From Octopus vulgaris (lineage: Eukaryota): a stretch of DNA of 64,000 nt. The notes below the pieces were generated by a model. That model did no database searches. It saw nothing but the letters and a program-made list of their open reading frames with translations, and was not told the DNA's origin. Of this stretch, positions 1 to 14,050 are shown piece after piece (the stretch's first letter is position 1; each line of letters begins with the position of its first letter). The position numbers and the translations under genes are program-made. Location: contig OX597827.1 in assembly GCA_951406725.2 (NCBI GenBank), positions 67,022,001-67,086,000 of the forward strand, read 5' to 3'.

Positions 1-244
1 AAAAATAAATAAATAGTTACCAGGGCAGCAAAAATCTCACAAGTAAAGATGTTGTAACTCCTTGTTTATAAAGGTAGAAACTTCGTGTTTAATATTAATA
101 TCCCTACTCTTTCTGTTAGCTACTTATGACGTTATATCATATAACGTTTTTTTTTAAACAATATTAATAGCGTTCTGTCTATCGCTATACAAATCCATCA
201 TTTTTTGCTAAAATGTCTTATTGACGAGTTTCGTTTTTTTCACT

Positions 245-324
245 TTCCTGAGGAGAAGATTGCATTGTTTATACCATTTATTCTTTAGAATAGTATCAGT
301 GGAATTTTCGAAACATGTGTCGAA
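245..324 (+). ncRNA. Minimal type-I hammerhead ribozyme motif, intact core (Penelope-like-element type)
   Basis: ttc-CTGAGGA(248-254)-stem II gaagatt...aattttc-GAAA(310-313)-catgtg-TC(GUC 319-321)-gaa. All core nucleotides are present; stem III is near-palindromic ACAUGUGU. Confidence 0.65.
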
Positions 325-844
325 TGTAAAAATATTTGATTACACCTGCGTTAACTCCATTTTTTATTCAAATATATATTTATATATATATATTTATATA
401 TATATTGCGTTTTTCTTTTTCAAAATTATTATGAGTATATAAGCACAGGAATGGTTGTGTGGTAAGAACTTTGCTTCACAGGCACATTGTATCCTGTTTA
501 GTTCTACTTACGAGGCCAACTTTGTACAGTGCATTCCACTATAGCACCGGGTCCTCGAAACCTATCTTGCGCCGCGCGCGTTTTTGTGTTTTCCCCTGCT
601 ATCGCTTTATAGCAGTTGTAGTGTTGGTTTTTTTACGTTCGCGTAACCTAATGGTTTGATATATGAGATCGTTAAACTAACTAGCAGACATTAACAAAAT
701 TACATACCGGAGGTGATTCGTTGGAAACCTTTAAGGATGAGACCCTACAAGTAAAAGATGATATATTTGGGAACCGAAACCACGATCCTACGACTGCGAA
801 CCCTCTGCCCGAACCACTGGGCCATTGCGCCTCAATATATATAT

Positions 845-1256
845 TACTCTCTTTCTCTTTTACTCTTTTACTTGTTTCAGTCATTTGACTACGGCCATGC
901 TGGAGCACCGCCTTTAATCGAGCAACTCGACCCCGGGACTTATTCTTTTTGTAAGTCCAGTACTTATTTTATCGGTCTCTTTTGCCGAACCGATAAGTAA
1001 CGGGGACATAAACACACCAGCATCGGTTGTCAAGCAATGCTAGGGGGACAAATACAGACACACACAACACACGCATATATATATATACATATATACGACG
1101 GGCTTCTTTCAGTTTCCGTCTACCAAATCCACTCACAAGGCTTTGCTCGGCCCGAGGCTATAGTAGAAGACACTTATCCAAGGTGCCACGCAGTGGGACT
1201 GAACCCGGAACCATGTGGTTGGTAACAAGCTACTTACCACACAGCCACTCCTGCGC
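845..1256 (-). mobile_element. tRNA-derived SINE family B (CORE-like, internal CA/TA microsatellite), near full length
   Basis: Minus strand starts ggcgcaggagtggctgtgtggtaag (A box) ... ggttcagtccc (B box), then a gtggcaccttgg-caagtgtcttc CORE-like segment. The same sequence recurs at 11465, 23310, 51660, 53890 and 48940. Confidence 0.85.
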
Positions 1257-1758
1257 CATATATATATGCATACATACATACATACATACATACATACATA
1301 CATACATACATACATACATTTTGGTAACAGTTTGGTAAGTTACAATTTACCATATTTATGTGAAGTTGAGAGATTTATAATATGAGACCGTAATGCTGTC
1401 CTTTTCTTTTTTTTTTCTAAACAATGTGTAGTATTTGCAAATGAATGGATACATTTCTATAATAGTCTAAAAGTTAGTTTAAAATTAGAACGTTAAATGG
1501 ATGGAGGATTATACCAGATGAAATATCGTTTCCGCTTTCTAGTCATCGTTTTAATAGTACGTCTAGTAGTTGAAGGCATATTCCTCGAAGCCACTTTTTT
1601 TTTAAGTGCTTTATTTAAGTAAGTCGCGGAATCAATAAATGACCTCTGCGTACAAGAATCGATTTAGGTGCATGCAATGTTCTTACATGGTATTAAGTGT
1701 TTAGGTACATATATTTGAGTAAAAATCATTGCAAATTCTTATATAGCTAGCGTTGTTA

Positions 1759-1822
<64 letters not shown>

Positions 1823-1889
1823 GGGACCTCACCATCCAACTTTAAATGTACAACCACGAACATTTGTCTACCACATACAACTAAATAAT

Positions 1890-2180
1890 ATGTGGAGGCG
1901 CAATGGCCCAGTGGTTAGGACACGACTGCAGTTTCGATTCCCATTTGTTTATTCTAAAACACCACATACAAGTGATCCCTGCATAATATACTGTTTCTGT
2001 TGTACCTGTATTTCAAAGGACCGGCCTTGTCACTCTCTGTGTCACGCTGAATATCCCCGAGAACTACGTTAAGGGTACACGTGTCTGTGGAGTGCTCAGC
2101 CACTTACACGTTAATTTCCGAGCAGGCTGTTGGTTCGGATAAACCGGACCCTCGTCGTGGTAACCGACGGAGTGCTTCCA
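1890..2180 (+). mobile_element. tRNA-derived SINE family C, internally deleted
   Basis: gtggaggcgcaatggcccagtggttagg head and ...gtaaccgacggagtgcttcc tail, matching the copies at 16621 and 38641. Confidence 0.8.
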
Positions 2181-2314
2181 TCCACATAATATAAATAGAT
2201 ATCAGGTGCAGATAGTCAGAAGATAACTCTTAATCGCATAGTCAGTCATATAGCGTGGCACTTTGGGCCTGTGTCTTCCAGTTAGCCTTGGTTCGACCAA
2301 AGCATGGGGATATC

Positions 2315-2550
2315 TGTTTCTTTATTAACCACAAGGGGCTAAACATAGAGGGGACAAACAAGGACAGACAAACGGATAAAGTCGATTACATCGACCCCCA
2401 GTGCGTAACTGGTACTTAATTTATCGACCCTGAAAAGATGAAAGGTAAAGTCGACCTCGGCGGAATTTGAACTCAGAACGTAACGGCAGACGAAATACGG
2501 CTATGCGTTTCGCCTAGCGTGCTAACGGGGCTGCCAGCTCGCCGCCCTCA
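2315..2550 (-). mobile_element. SINE family A, full length, 19-bp TSD, nested in an old family B copy (about 2200-2810)
   Basis: TSD accaaagcatggggatatc at 2296-2314 and 2551-2569. Minus strand reads ggcggcgagctggcag...gagttcaaattccgccgaggtcgac...taataaagaaaca. Confidence 0.9.
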
Positions 2551-2848
2551 ACCAAAGCATGGGGATATCGTATATTATATATTGATCTATTTGTTTGTGT
2601 CTTTGTGTCTATGTATTGTCCCTCACCACCGCTAGAAAATCACTGCTGGTGAGTTTACGTCCTTCTAACTTAACGGTTTGGCAAAGCGACCGATTGAGTA
2701 TGTGTCGGGCTTAAAGGAATCATTTGTAGATCCGATTAATTCGACTAAAAATTCTTCAAGTCGGGATCCAGCGGAGTCGCAGTCTAATGAATGAATCAAC
2801 TAAAAGAAGATAAATTAAATGCAAAATAACCGACGGACAAACACGGAT

Positions 2849-2899
<51 letters not shown>

Positions 2900-3201
2900 T
2901 TTATAAATTATGTAAATGCACATATAGAACGATAGATAGACTCCAGTCCACTCAGCTGGCAAAAATGAGTAGTATCTGGATTTCAAAGGGCTAGGCTTGT
3001 CTCACACACACTGTGTCATACTGATTCTCCCTGAGCACTAGGTTTAGGGTACACGTGTCTGTTAATTTCCCGAGAAAACTTTTCAGTTGATTGTATCAAC
3101 TGAACCATCGTCAATGTAAACGACGAAGTACACCTTCTTTACATATGTATGATATACGATATACATATACATATGTTTATACATAGATACATATACATAC
3201 A

Positions 3202-3246
<45 letters not shown>

Positions 3247-4089
3247 GTATGCATATATAAACATATACATATATATACATATATATATATATACGTATGC
3301 ATATATAAACATATACATATATATACATATATATATATATATATACATATGTATATAAACATATATATATATATGTTTATATATATATTCATACACATAT
3401 ATGTACATGCATATATATACACATACACATATATGTGTGTGCATGCGTCTGTGTTTGTGTGTGTGTGTGTGTGTGTGTTTGTGTGTGGGCGAGTGTGTGT
3501 GTAGGTACGTGTATGTTGTCCATACATATAAGCATGCTTACGCAAGGAGATTGTTTGCTTGTATTGGTAATTATATCATTGAACGCCGATGGTGAATACG
3601 TTTATCGTCTAGAGATATTTCTGAAAATATCATTTTATTTATATCATTCAATATATCAATCCACGCATAACTTGTCAACACACATACTGAGTTCATCAAT
3701 CTTCCCATTTATTTTTCAGAACCGATCTCAGTTCGATTGCCTTCTAGGTATATTCTTTTCAGATCCACCAACGGATTTATCAGCCTAACGTCGTTACTTG
3801 TATCAGCGAGGCTAATAGATATAAATATTTATAATATAAACACACGAGCAGAGAAATAAGTAAATTGATATGCATAAAAGTGCAAACTTTGACGACGCCA
3901 TTTGAATAATTAATTCTGTCTGGATTCCTGTACAATAAACAGATTATAAGCTAATAATAATTCCTTGAATAACTGATTGTGATAAAGAGAAACTAAAAAC
4001 TGAACGTCTTTTCTGTTCTCCATATCAGCCAGAAATAGCAGGCAAGTTTCCTTCAAATTATTGTATATACCCTCTTATAAATAAATAAA

Positions 4090-4290
4090 TGCGGCCTTTT
4101 AAAGCCTACCGAGGCTCATGGGCCAGGTTTACCGGTTTCAATAGCATACTCGTAAGTTTTCTGTAGAGAACTCTTTTTCTCTCTCTCACTGTTTATATCT
4201 ATATCTATCTACCGCGTCGGTCCAGGAATCGAAATCACAATCTTATTGATCATGATGCTGACACCCTAACCACTAAGCCACGCGCGTCCA
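4090..4290 (-). mobile_element. tRNA-derived SINE family E fragment with its centre replaced by a local 59-bp copy
   Basis: Head gtggacgcgcgtggcttagtggttagggtg...ttcgattcctggacc resembles 32875-33120; 4144-4202 is identical to 5162-5220. Confidence 0.7.
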
Positions 4291-5213
4291 CATATACTCT
4301 TTTATTTAAGAACACATCACATTATGTAACTGTTTTGGATACCCTATGACACAATGAGAGATGTATTTCTTGCAGAAAAAACGACATTGGTCATACAGGT
4401 CTAGATGAAAACTGACCTTGGGTTAAACAACAGGAGCAACCACAAAACTTGTCAGTAGCAAGAGGGAGCTAGATCTGTTAGTATAACAGCCAAATGTTAG
4501 TGCCTGTTTTTCAAGTAAAAATATCAAAAAAGTAAAAGAGGGCGAGAGAAAAGAATACTTTAACTAAAGCAATGCTGGATACACGAGACGTAAAAAATCA
4601 AAGTGCTTACGATTCTAATAATCTTCACGAAAATTCTGTTCGAACAATTATAGCCAAAATTCTATTAATAAAAGAAATAAAAGCAATGAGAAGCTATTAA
4701 TTTTTATCAATGGTCTTCCTTATTTACTATAAACTGATTCCGTAATCTTTTTTTTGCTCAAAAACCACATTCAATGATGAATCTGATTGCATATGGATTT
4801 CAAAGGCATGTGTTCTTTCAAAGAACCCATTACATCTTTTAATCGAAATATAAATTACAGAATGTTCCTTTGTTGGATATTACTAATTAAGGAGGAGAAT
4901 TGTGTTATGATTATAACTAATCGCTCTGCTGAATCCATTTGTAAGCAGCTAAACCTTGCTTATTTCAGAATAATCTGAACACGGGTACTTGTCAACACAC
5001 ATACTGACGAACATCTACAAAAATATTATTTTCAGCAATCATTTCTCGCTTTATCAGAAAATAATCTGTCGATGACGCTTTCTGATGGCAGATGGACAAA
5101 TATTGTTTGAATCTTGTACCAAATATTCTCATCAACGCTAAAAATTCATAGTTACCGAAATGCATACTCGTAAGTTTTCTGTAGAGAACTCTTTTTCTCT
5201 CTCTCACTGTTTA

Positions 5214-5370
<157 letters not shown>

Positions 5371-5714
5371 CATTCGATATATATGATGTCCCCTCTGTGT
5401 TCAGCCCTGTGTGGCCAATAAAGAAAGTTATCTTTCGATATATATAAATTTAAAATAATAAGGGTGAAAATATTGAATATTAATTTGATTAATATCAATT
5501 TAAAACCAGTGGCCTAGCATATAGAAAATCTGAAGATTCAGAAAAATTATATTACATACATATAAGAGGGATGACCACTAAGAGGACATCCATTTTGCTA
5601 GAAGTCGACCCCCTATGGTCTTACCACTAAGAAAGGAATGTTCTCAAGAAAAATTAGCAAACGCCAGAACGTACGCGAGCAAGACAAATGAAAAGATACA
5701 AAATATACAGATTA

Positions 5715-5785
5715 ATCACAAACCAGTTTCGTTGTTACCACTTACGTAATCACTGACGCAGATGTCCGCAACTCGTCAGTGTGAT
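5715..5785 (-). ncRNA. Minimal type-I hammerhead ribozyme motif, intact core
   Basis: Minus strand: atcaca-CTGACGA-gttg...caac-GAAA-ctgg-TT-tgtgat. It has a 6-bp stem I, a 4-bp stem II starting with G-C, and stem III ACUGGU (self-complementary with G-U wobbles). Confidence 0.75.
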
Positions 5786-5827
5786 CTTCATAGCAACATA
5801 TAAGTAATTACGTAAGTGGTAACAACG

Positions 5828-6036
5828 TTAGCATGCCGGGCGAAATGCTTTGCTGTATTTCGTCTGCCGCTACGTTCTGAGTTCAAATTCCGCCGAGGTC
5901 GATTTTGCCATTCATCCTTTCGGGGTCAATTAAATAAGTACCAGTTACGCACTGCGGTCGATATAATCGACTTAATCAGTTGTCTGTCCTTATTTGTCCC
6001 CTCTGTGTTTAGCCCCTTGTGGGTAGTAAAGAAATA
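5828..6036 (+). mobile_element. SINE family A, 5'-truncated, 10-bp TSD
   Basis: TSD ggtaacaacg at 5818-5827 and 6037-6046. Confidence 0.9.
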
Positions 6037-6352
6037 GGTAACAACGAAGCTGGTTTGTGATTAATCTGTATATTTTGTATCTTTTCATTTGTCTTGCTCG
6101 CTTACGTTCTGGCGTTTGCTAAATTTTCTTGAGAACATTCCTTATTAAGTGGTAAGACCATAGGGGTTCGACTTTTAGTATAATGGATGTCCACTTAGTG
6201 GTCATCCCTCTTATATCTATGTAATATCGATCTATGTATGTATGTATGTATGTATGTATGTATGTATGTATGTATGTATGTGCGTGTGTGTGTGCGTGTA
6301 CGTATGTATGTATGTATGTATGTATGTATGTATCTATCTATCTATCTATCTA

Positions 6353-6404
<52 letters not shown>

Positions 6405-6559
6405 CATGTATGTATATGTGTATATATATGTATGTATACATAGAGGCATACACACCCACATACTCATATGTACATGCGTGTCTGTATGTAAATATATGAG
6501 GGTAGGTCCAAACATAATACAAATAAGAACATGAATCACTTTCTAACTCCCCCTCGTTT

Positions 6560-6845
6560 ATATATATAAATGTATATAAATGTATGTCCGTGTGTATGTC
6601 CGTGTATAAATGTATGTCCGAGTGTTGTGTTTATGTATCTATGTATTTATGTACGTAAGTATAAATGTATATATAAATGTATGTCCGTGTGTTGTGTTTA
6701 TGTATCTATGTATTTATGTGTGTATGTACGTAAGTATAAATGTATATAAATATATGTCCGTGTGCATGTCCGTGTATAAATGTATGTCCGTGTGTTGTGT
6801 TTATGTATCTATGTATTTATGTGTGTATGTACGTAAGTATGTATG
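6560..6845. repeat. Minisatellite of ~60-100-bp compound units
   Basis: ataaatgtatgtccgtgtgttgtgtttatgtatctatgtatttatgt recurs three times with variants. Confidence 0.75.
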
Positions 6846-6886
6846 TATGTATGCATGAATGTATGTTTGTATGCATGTATGTATAT

Positions 6887-6952
<66 letters not shown>

Positions 6953-7749
6953 CCTCGTTTTTCAAAGTGTAGCCGAGTTTTTGATTCGTTGGAAATATAA
7001 TTCTCCTACTTGTTTTATAAGACATCTAACCCAACATTTCTATCCAAAACGATTTATCCCCCCAAATCTTTCAAATACACCTTACAACAATTTATATAAA
7101 CAAGTCAGTAGTTTAACAAGTGCTACAAGAGGCGGACTAGCTTTATCGTATATGTTATGGGATGGCCGAGTCAATAAGATATGGTTTCACGCTTCCAAAG
7201 CACTTATCGGAGAATCATTTTCTCGCTTCGCGTCTGCAACATAGATGTACAGAGATTGGCGCCACGATAACAACCTTACGTTTTAGACAACACTGCTAAT
7301 TGGAAAGATCTTACATTATAAAGAAGCGACTGCATACTTATAAATGTGAAGGATAGGCTGCAGTTTGAGGCAACGCAAACTGCTCATAAAATAATGAAAT
7401 TTTATCCCGAAAAAACTGTAGGCTTTTCGAAACCTAAATTTTTAGAGTGAGCTGGTTTCGTCAATCAAGGAAATATTGTATATCGGGGGACCAACGTTGT
7501 ATAATTATGCAAAAGGATCCAACATACTTATGTCATTAAGTTTTCTTTCTTACTGATAGCCTGAATTGACATTACAGATAACTACGGGAGAACAGAGTAT
7601 CGATTGATGTAAATCTTAAGATCATGTCATAGATATTTTTTTAAATCGGGGTTACGTGGGCATGTAATGGTCAAAGAAACAAATGGTATAAAATGTATCA
7701 AGAAGATACTTCCAGCAGAAATCGGTTATGAATGAAACCGACATGTATG

Positions 7750-7838
<89 letters not shown>

Positions 7839-8015
7839 GTATATATACATATATATATGTATATATTTGTTATATATGTATATATAAGCTGTTGTGCGCG
7901 GGTGAAGAAGGCCACAGACATACATTATGCATTGTTATAAATCTGTCTAATAATGGCCCGAAACATATGTACCGCTGAATCCTTCGCATCATGTTTTTAC
8001 TTTATTTTGATCAAT

Positions 8016-8047
<32 letters not shown>

Positions 8048-8110
8048 GCATTTTTTGTGTAATGGGATAAAAAAACCAAGGCTGTGCAGATATTAAAACA
8101 TTTATAGATA

Positions 8111-8164
8111 GGTCTTACAGCTGTTTCCAGGATATTTTTTGATTATATCCCTTCATCGGAGACC
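8111..8164 (-). ncRNA. Hammerhead-like motif (U4C variant) within a dispersed repeat
   Basis: Minus strand: ggtct-CCGATGA-agggatat...atatcctg-GAAA-cagctg-TA-agacc, with perfect palindromic stem III ACAGCUGU. A homologous copy lies at 21135-21182. Confidence 0.65.
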
Positions 8165-8640
8165 GTGTGAGAGGAAAGATTAAGTCGTAGTTAGTTTAGA
8201 TGTGATACAAAATAGAGATTGAGATGGAGGAAAGAAAATAGATGCAAGATATGTAGGGATATTGAAGTTGCAGATCCATTTTTTTAGGCAGAATGGTATA
8301 TATGTAATATTCCAATACCCAAGGTATATATATACATATATATACCCACAGATTAAACACTGAAATACACATTCTACATAGACGCACAAAAGCACAGACA
8401 CTCGCATACTTAAATATGTAAATATAGAGAGTAAGATCGATGTAGATAAATATATACATTGAAATATCGGCGTAAGAGTTATGCTACATAAATATGTTTA
8501 ATCAATTAGCTGGAATTCAGTAGCCCCGGAAACAATGTTTATATGATGTAACAATTCTTCAACGTAGATTTTTCGATTTTTCATTATCTTTATGCAGAGG
8601 AAAAAAAAGCCATATATATATATACATATTCTGAAATGTA

Positions 8641-8716
8641 TTAACTGAGGAAGCTCTTGCGTAAAATGTTTTTTTTTTCTTATATATTACGAAATGATTT
8701 GAAACGGATGTAGTAA
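8641..8716 (+). ncRNA. Degenerate hammerhead-like motif with long stem II
   Basis: CTGAGGA (8645-8651) ... cgtaa/ttacg stem ... GAAA (8701-8704) cggatg-TA. Stems I and II are partly mismatched. Confidence 0.4.
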
Positions 8717-9165
8717 GTGTTTTTAAAATATCATAATTTGGTTTGACTTCGTTATTATATATACAAATATGTATATATTTGTAAAAGTATGTGAATATAT
8801 ATATATAAGATCTAAGGATCGAGGTGTGGGATGAAAGTTAACTTCAAGCAATCCGTAGTAAATATTAAGAAAACCATCTTTTACGAGTAATAGTGGTTTA
8901 TTGAGAAAGAAGGTTGTAGAAGTGTTTCTTATCGAAGTACGATAAGTTGAAAAAAAAGTTCTTTCTATATTTCATGTAAACGTCATTTAATCAATATATC
9001 CTTGGCCAGGAGAGTAGCCTGCGGTATACACCTCGCTTGGATTTTTACCACTTCGAAGGTTCCGCTCGCAATGAAACACATATGTAGCCCGCATCTTACC
9101 TCCTCCATTCCTTAAATCTTGTATATATATCTATATATATATTTATGTGTGTGTGTATATATATG

Positions 9166-9317
<152 letters not shown>

Positions 9318-9318
9318 T

Positions 9319-9353
<35 letters not shown>

Positions 9354-9947
9354 TAGATATTTCTGTCAGTTGACTGCGGCTATGCTGGTGCAACCTTTTT
9401 CAGTTGAAGAAATCAACCCCAAGACTTATTCTTTATAAGCCTGGTACTTATTCTATCGGCCCCTTTTGCCGAACCACTAAGTTATGGGAACGCAAACAGA
9501 CCAACGCCAGTTGTGGTTGTCAAGCGCTGGTGGGCGACAAACACAAAGACACACACACACACACGCATGCACATATATATGTTTGAATATTACACAGGGA
9601 GCTATCTATAATAGGCAGGATGCATCCACATCTGAATGTATTGTCTTAACATCTACGTAATTATCTTTGTACTGAAGAATCCCTGGCAGCTAATAAAACA
9701 TCGGTGTGTTCCAGCAGTGAAGTCTTCTAAATCCTTAATCAATAGCATATTTAATTAATGAGATCCCCTTACTAATGAGAATAAACGAATAAATCGATTT
9801 TCTTTTATTTCATAATTGGCTTCGTTCTTGCAGCAGTGATATTTTGTCTTCTGTATTCCGTCAGTACTATAATAAATGCTATACCCACAAATACATACAT
9901 TCATACTTATATATGTACAATAATATGTAACAATTACTCAATAGTCA

Positions 9948-10010
9948 AGATAAAACTCTGAGTTTCAGATGCCGAAGTGGAAATCCACAACACCATCTCT
10001 TCGGTTATCT
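9948..10010 (-). ncRNA. Hammerhead-like motif (U4C variant)
   Basis: Minus strand: agataa-CCGAAGA-gatg...catct-GAAA-ctcagag-TT-ttatct, with a 6-bp stem I and near-palindromic stem III ACUCAGAGU. Confidence 0.6.
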
Positions 10011-11464
10011 GGCCATGTGAAAAACGCTATGAAAAAATACCGTTATATAAACGGAAATTACTGTGTTATAATTCTGCTACTTATATAAATTAAGATTAAA
10101 GGTTCATAGTAAACACGAAAACATGGCTAGTCATGCGTTCACATGTGCGGTCGCGGACCCACATGCGTACTTATACGTCACTATGAAAACGTACCCAATG
10201 GATGATATAATTGACACCTTTATCTTTTAAATACCAAATATGATTAGATGATTTTGTCGCTTTTCTTTTGTTCCAGTGCCTAAAACTCAGGGTGTGGCCT
10301 TGAAATTACCCTCTGTAAGGCCCACGCATAGATGATGGTCTCGGACATGCAAGCTCCATTTAGCGGGCACAGTTTTTTATTCCTGCATGAACAGCTGTTG
10401 TTTTCTTATATATATATATACTTGTATGAATGTATATGTATGCATGTGCTCTCTTTTGTTTTAAATTATTTAAAATCTTACTTTGAGGAAGGAACTGGTT
10501 TCCAACAAGGATACAATTCTCCATTGTTGAAATGTAAATGACAAGATTAGTGTCAGATTTTAAATTGAAAAAAGTTTCGCATAATTTTTATCTTCCAATA
10601 ACAGTGTATTTGCGCTGGTTGGTAGATTTCTTTTCAGAAAATTTTTACATTATCCAGCCTGTCACTTAGGCAGTTATTCACAAAGCTAAGTGAGTGAACT
10701 AGTTATTATTGGTATAAATTTAAATTTGTAATCTGGGTAAAGAAGCTGAATGTTTCCAAGCAGTTGTCTATTGTTACCCTCTTTCACTTTCGTTTTCAAA
10801 CTGCTGTTCTCGTCCGCAGGTCAAAAGGTAAAGTTCCGATTTCTCAACATACGTAAAAATATATAACTAGAAGCGGTTCTCTCCTCTTCGTAAGCACATT
10901 TACTAAACAATGACAGCAGTTTCCAGTCAAACAACGTAGTGCATATGTGTGGTTGTGTGTGTGCGTACGTTTGTGTGTGTGCATGTGTGTGAGTATAAAC
11001 ATGAATGTGTGTTTGTGCTGCTGTATATGTGTGTATGGATGAGTCTGAGTGTGTGTTTGTTCCAGGCTAATGCTTGACAAGTGTTGCATGTTTGCTTACG
11101 ACTCCGTAGCTTATCGGTTCGACAAAAACGGCAATAGAATAAGTTAAAAGATTTAAATGAATTATTGGGGCAGATATATTCTACTGAAACATTCAAGACG
11201 TTTCCATTGCATGGGAACAATCCAAATACGGAAACAAGCAAAAGCGAAACGGTAATTAGCGATGGAAATCGTATGCATAAAGAAAGCCAATTCTAAAATT
11301 AACACACAAACGGAAACAAGCTGAAAACGAAATAGATATGTAAACGGTGAAATATTAGACACACGAGCGCATTTCTTGGTCCTGCGAGAGTATTTTACAA
11401 GAAGTTGTATTAACAAAAGTCTCATGAAATCAAGTTTCTCTACTATTCACGGGATAGTTATTCT

Positions 11465-11665
11465 TTTCTTTTTTCTTTTACTTGTTTCAGTCATTTCGAC
11501 TGCGGCCATGCTGGAGCACCGCCTTTAGTCGAGCAAATCGACCCCGGGACTTATTCTTTGTAAGCCCAGTACTTATTCTATCGGTCTCTTTTGCCGAACC
11601 GCTAAGTGACGGGGACATAAACACACCAGCATTGGTTGTCAAGTAATGCTAGGGGGACAAACACA

Positions 11666-11740
<75 letters not shown>

Positions 11741-11891
11741 GACAGGCTTCTTTCAGTTTCCGTCTACTAAATCCACTCACAAGGCATTGGTCGGCCCGAA
11801 GCTATAGCAGAAGACACTTGCCCAAGATGCCACGCAGTGGGACTGAACCCGGAACCATGTGGCTGGTTAGCAAGCTACTTACCACACAGCC
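11465..11891 (-). mobile_element. SINE family B, near full length
   Basis: Colinear with 845-1256, including the internal (CA)n(TA)n tract. Confidence 0.85.
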
Positions 11892-12299
11892 TATGAAAAT
11901 GAGACCGTGAGTGTTTAGAAAAGATGATAATGCTTTTAAGAAATTAACATTTTATTCTAAAAAGATGAGCAAAAATCTCTGTTATGACGACCCATGAAAA
12001 TAAACGTCTATGCCAAAAGTAATGTATTAACAAAATAGAACAGACATGATATCACAAATCGTCGAAAACGGTGGCATCTTTTAACATAACCTTTTATGCG
12101 TTTATACTTTCACTTGTTTCAGTCCTTCAGCTGCAGCCAATCTACAGCAGCACCCGAAGGGGTTTTAGTCAAGAAAATTGACAATAAGACTTATTCTTTG
12201 TACGTCAGTATCTTTGGCCGCACCGCTAGGTTACGGGGACGTAAACACACCAACATCAATTGTCAATTGATGGTCACACACACACGCATACATACATAC

Positions 12300-12356
<57 letters not shown>

Positions 12357-12574
12357 CTCTTTATCTTTTATTAAACTTTTAATACTTTTGATATATATTT
12401 AAAATAATATAAATTAATTAATTTTATGTATTGGCATATGTTTTTCATTGTTTGATTTGCCTAATAGTGGTTTTATCTCTAATTTGATATAATATAATAT
12501 ATTTATACTATAAAATTGGATTTAATCCTAAATCTGGTTTTTCCCTGTAAGTTTGGATTTATTCCCTAATATTT

Positions 12575-12618
<44 letters not shown>

Positions 12619-13286
12619 GTATATATATATATGTATGTGTATATATAATAAATAATAAATATTATAATATATATATATATATATGTATCCAAGCTACAGA
12701 ATTTTTCCCCTCTACTAATTCAGGTATAATACAACGTGTAGCCAACGAATAAGGTAGAGAAACACACTTTATTACAAAATAAAGACCCCTTTTGAACGAG
12801 TCTACAACAAACGACATATCCAGCACAACCTTAGAATAACACAAACACAAACGCAAATATCAAAAATGATACACTCAAGAGATTCCCAAGAATTCGTTAA
12901 AAACAGTCCCAACCATTGCTATAATCCATATCGGGTCACTTTTAGGTCACATGACTATTTAATATCCTACTACCATATAACTACGTGTATTCCTTCTTAT
13001 TCTCCCTTCTTGTTCTTCTTCTTCTTCTTTTTCTTCCCTACCAAGAATTCACAATGACCTCAAGCCCACAAGAGTAAACAAGAGAGAAAGAGAAGGCAGA
13101 AACATGGAAAAGGCCAATTGTATTTGAACACTATGCAAATATTCTTGAAAAAACAACTTTTCTTTTAAAATATTTTTCAAAATTTAATTGTTTTCCATAG
13201 TTACAGTTGAAAAAGTCTCAATAACTGAAACCGGTACTGAAATGTTTGTTATAAAATAATTTTAGCAATTTCTACCTTGATGTTTT

Positions 13287-13336
<50 letters not shown>

Positions 13337-13465
13337 ATATATATATATGTATATATGTATATATATATATATATGTATATATGTATATATGTATATATGT
13401 ATATATGTATATATATGTATATATGTATATATGTATATATGTATATATATATATATGTATATCTA

Positions 13466-13517
<52 letters not shown>

Positions 13518-13654
13518 TACATATATGACTACAGGAGGTCGCCAACGGTGCAAATAACATCGAATACGTAAACAACAAGACAAAAATGGAAAACAGGACA
13601 AGATAACACACAAAAAGGACACTTCATCAGTTGTCGCCCGTCTATCTACACCAC

Positions 13655-13782
<128 letters not shown>

Positions 13783-13975
13783 TGCGACTGGCTACTTAGA
13801 GTTTCGTCTATCGGATTCACTCAAAAGTCTTTGGTCGGCCCGGAGCTATAGTCGAAGACACTGGCCAAGGTGCTACGCAGTAGGACTGAAACTGGAACCG
13901 TGTGGTTGGGAAGCAAAGTTCTTACCATACAGCCACTCACACGTACATATATATATATATATATATATAATATAT

Positions 13976-14050
<75 letters not shown>

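Larger units (their letters stand above)
5549..6227. mobile_element. Foldback element with ~200-bp inverted arms, probably a Penelope-like inverted pseudo-LTR
   Basis: Left arm 5549-5750 is the reverse complement of right arm 5807-6227 once the SINE at 5828-6036 and one TSD copy are removed. A hammerhead motif lies across the left arm and spacer. Confidence 0.75.

Noticed and set aside
5530-5550. CTGAAGA-ttca-GAAA as another hammerhead
   Set aside because: There is no stem II pairing and no stem I or III; it is a chance match.
7040-7640. Possible FLYWCH/MULE transposase remnant (TRGGLALSY...)
   Set aside because: Only a few residues resemble the motif and downstream conserved residues could not be recovered.
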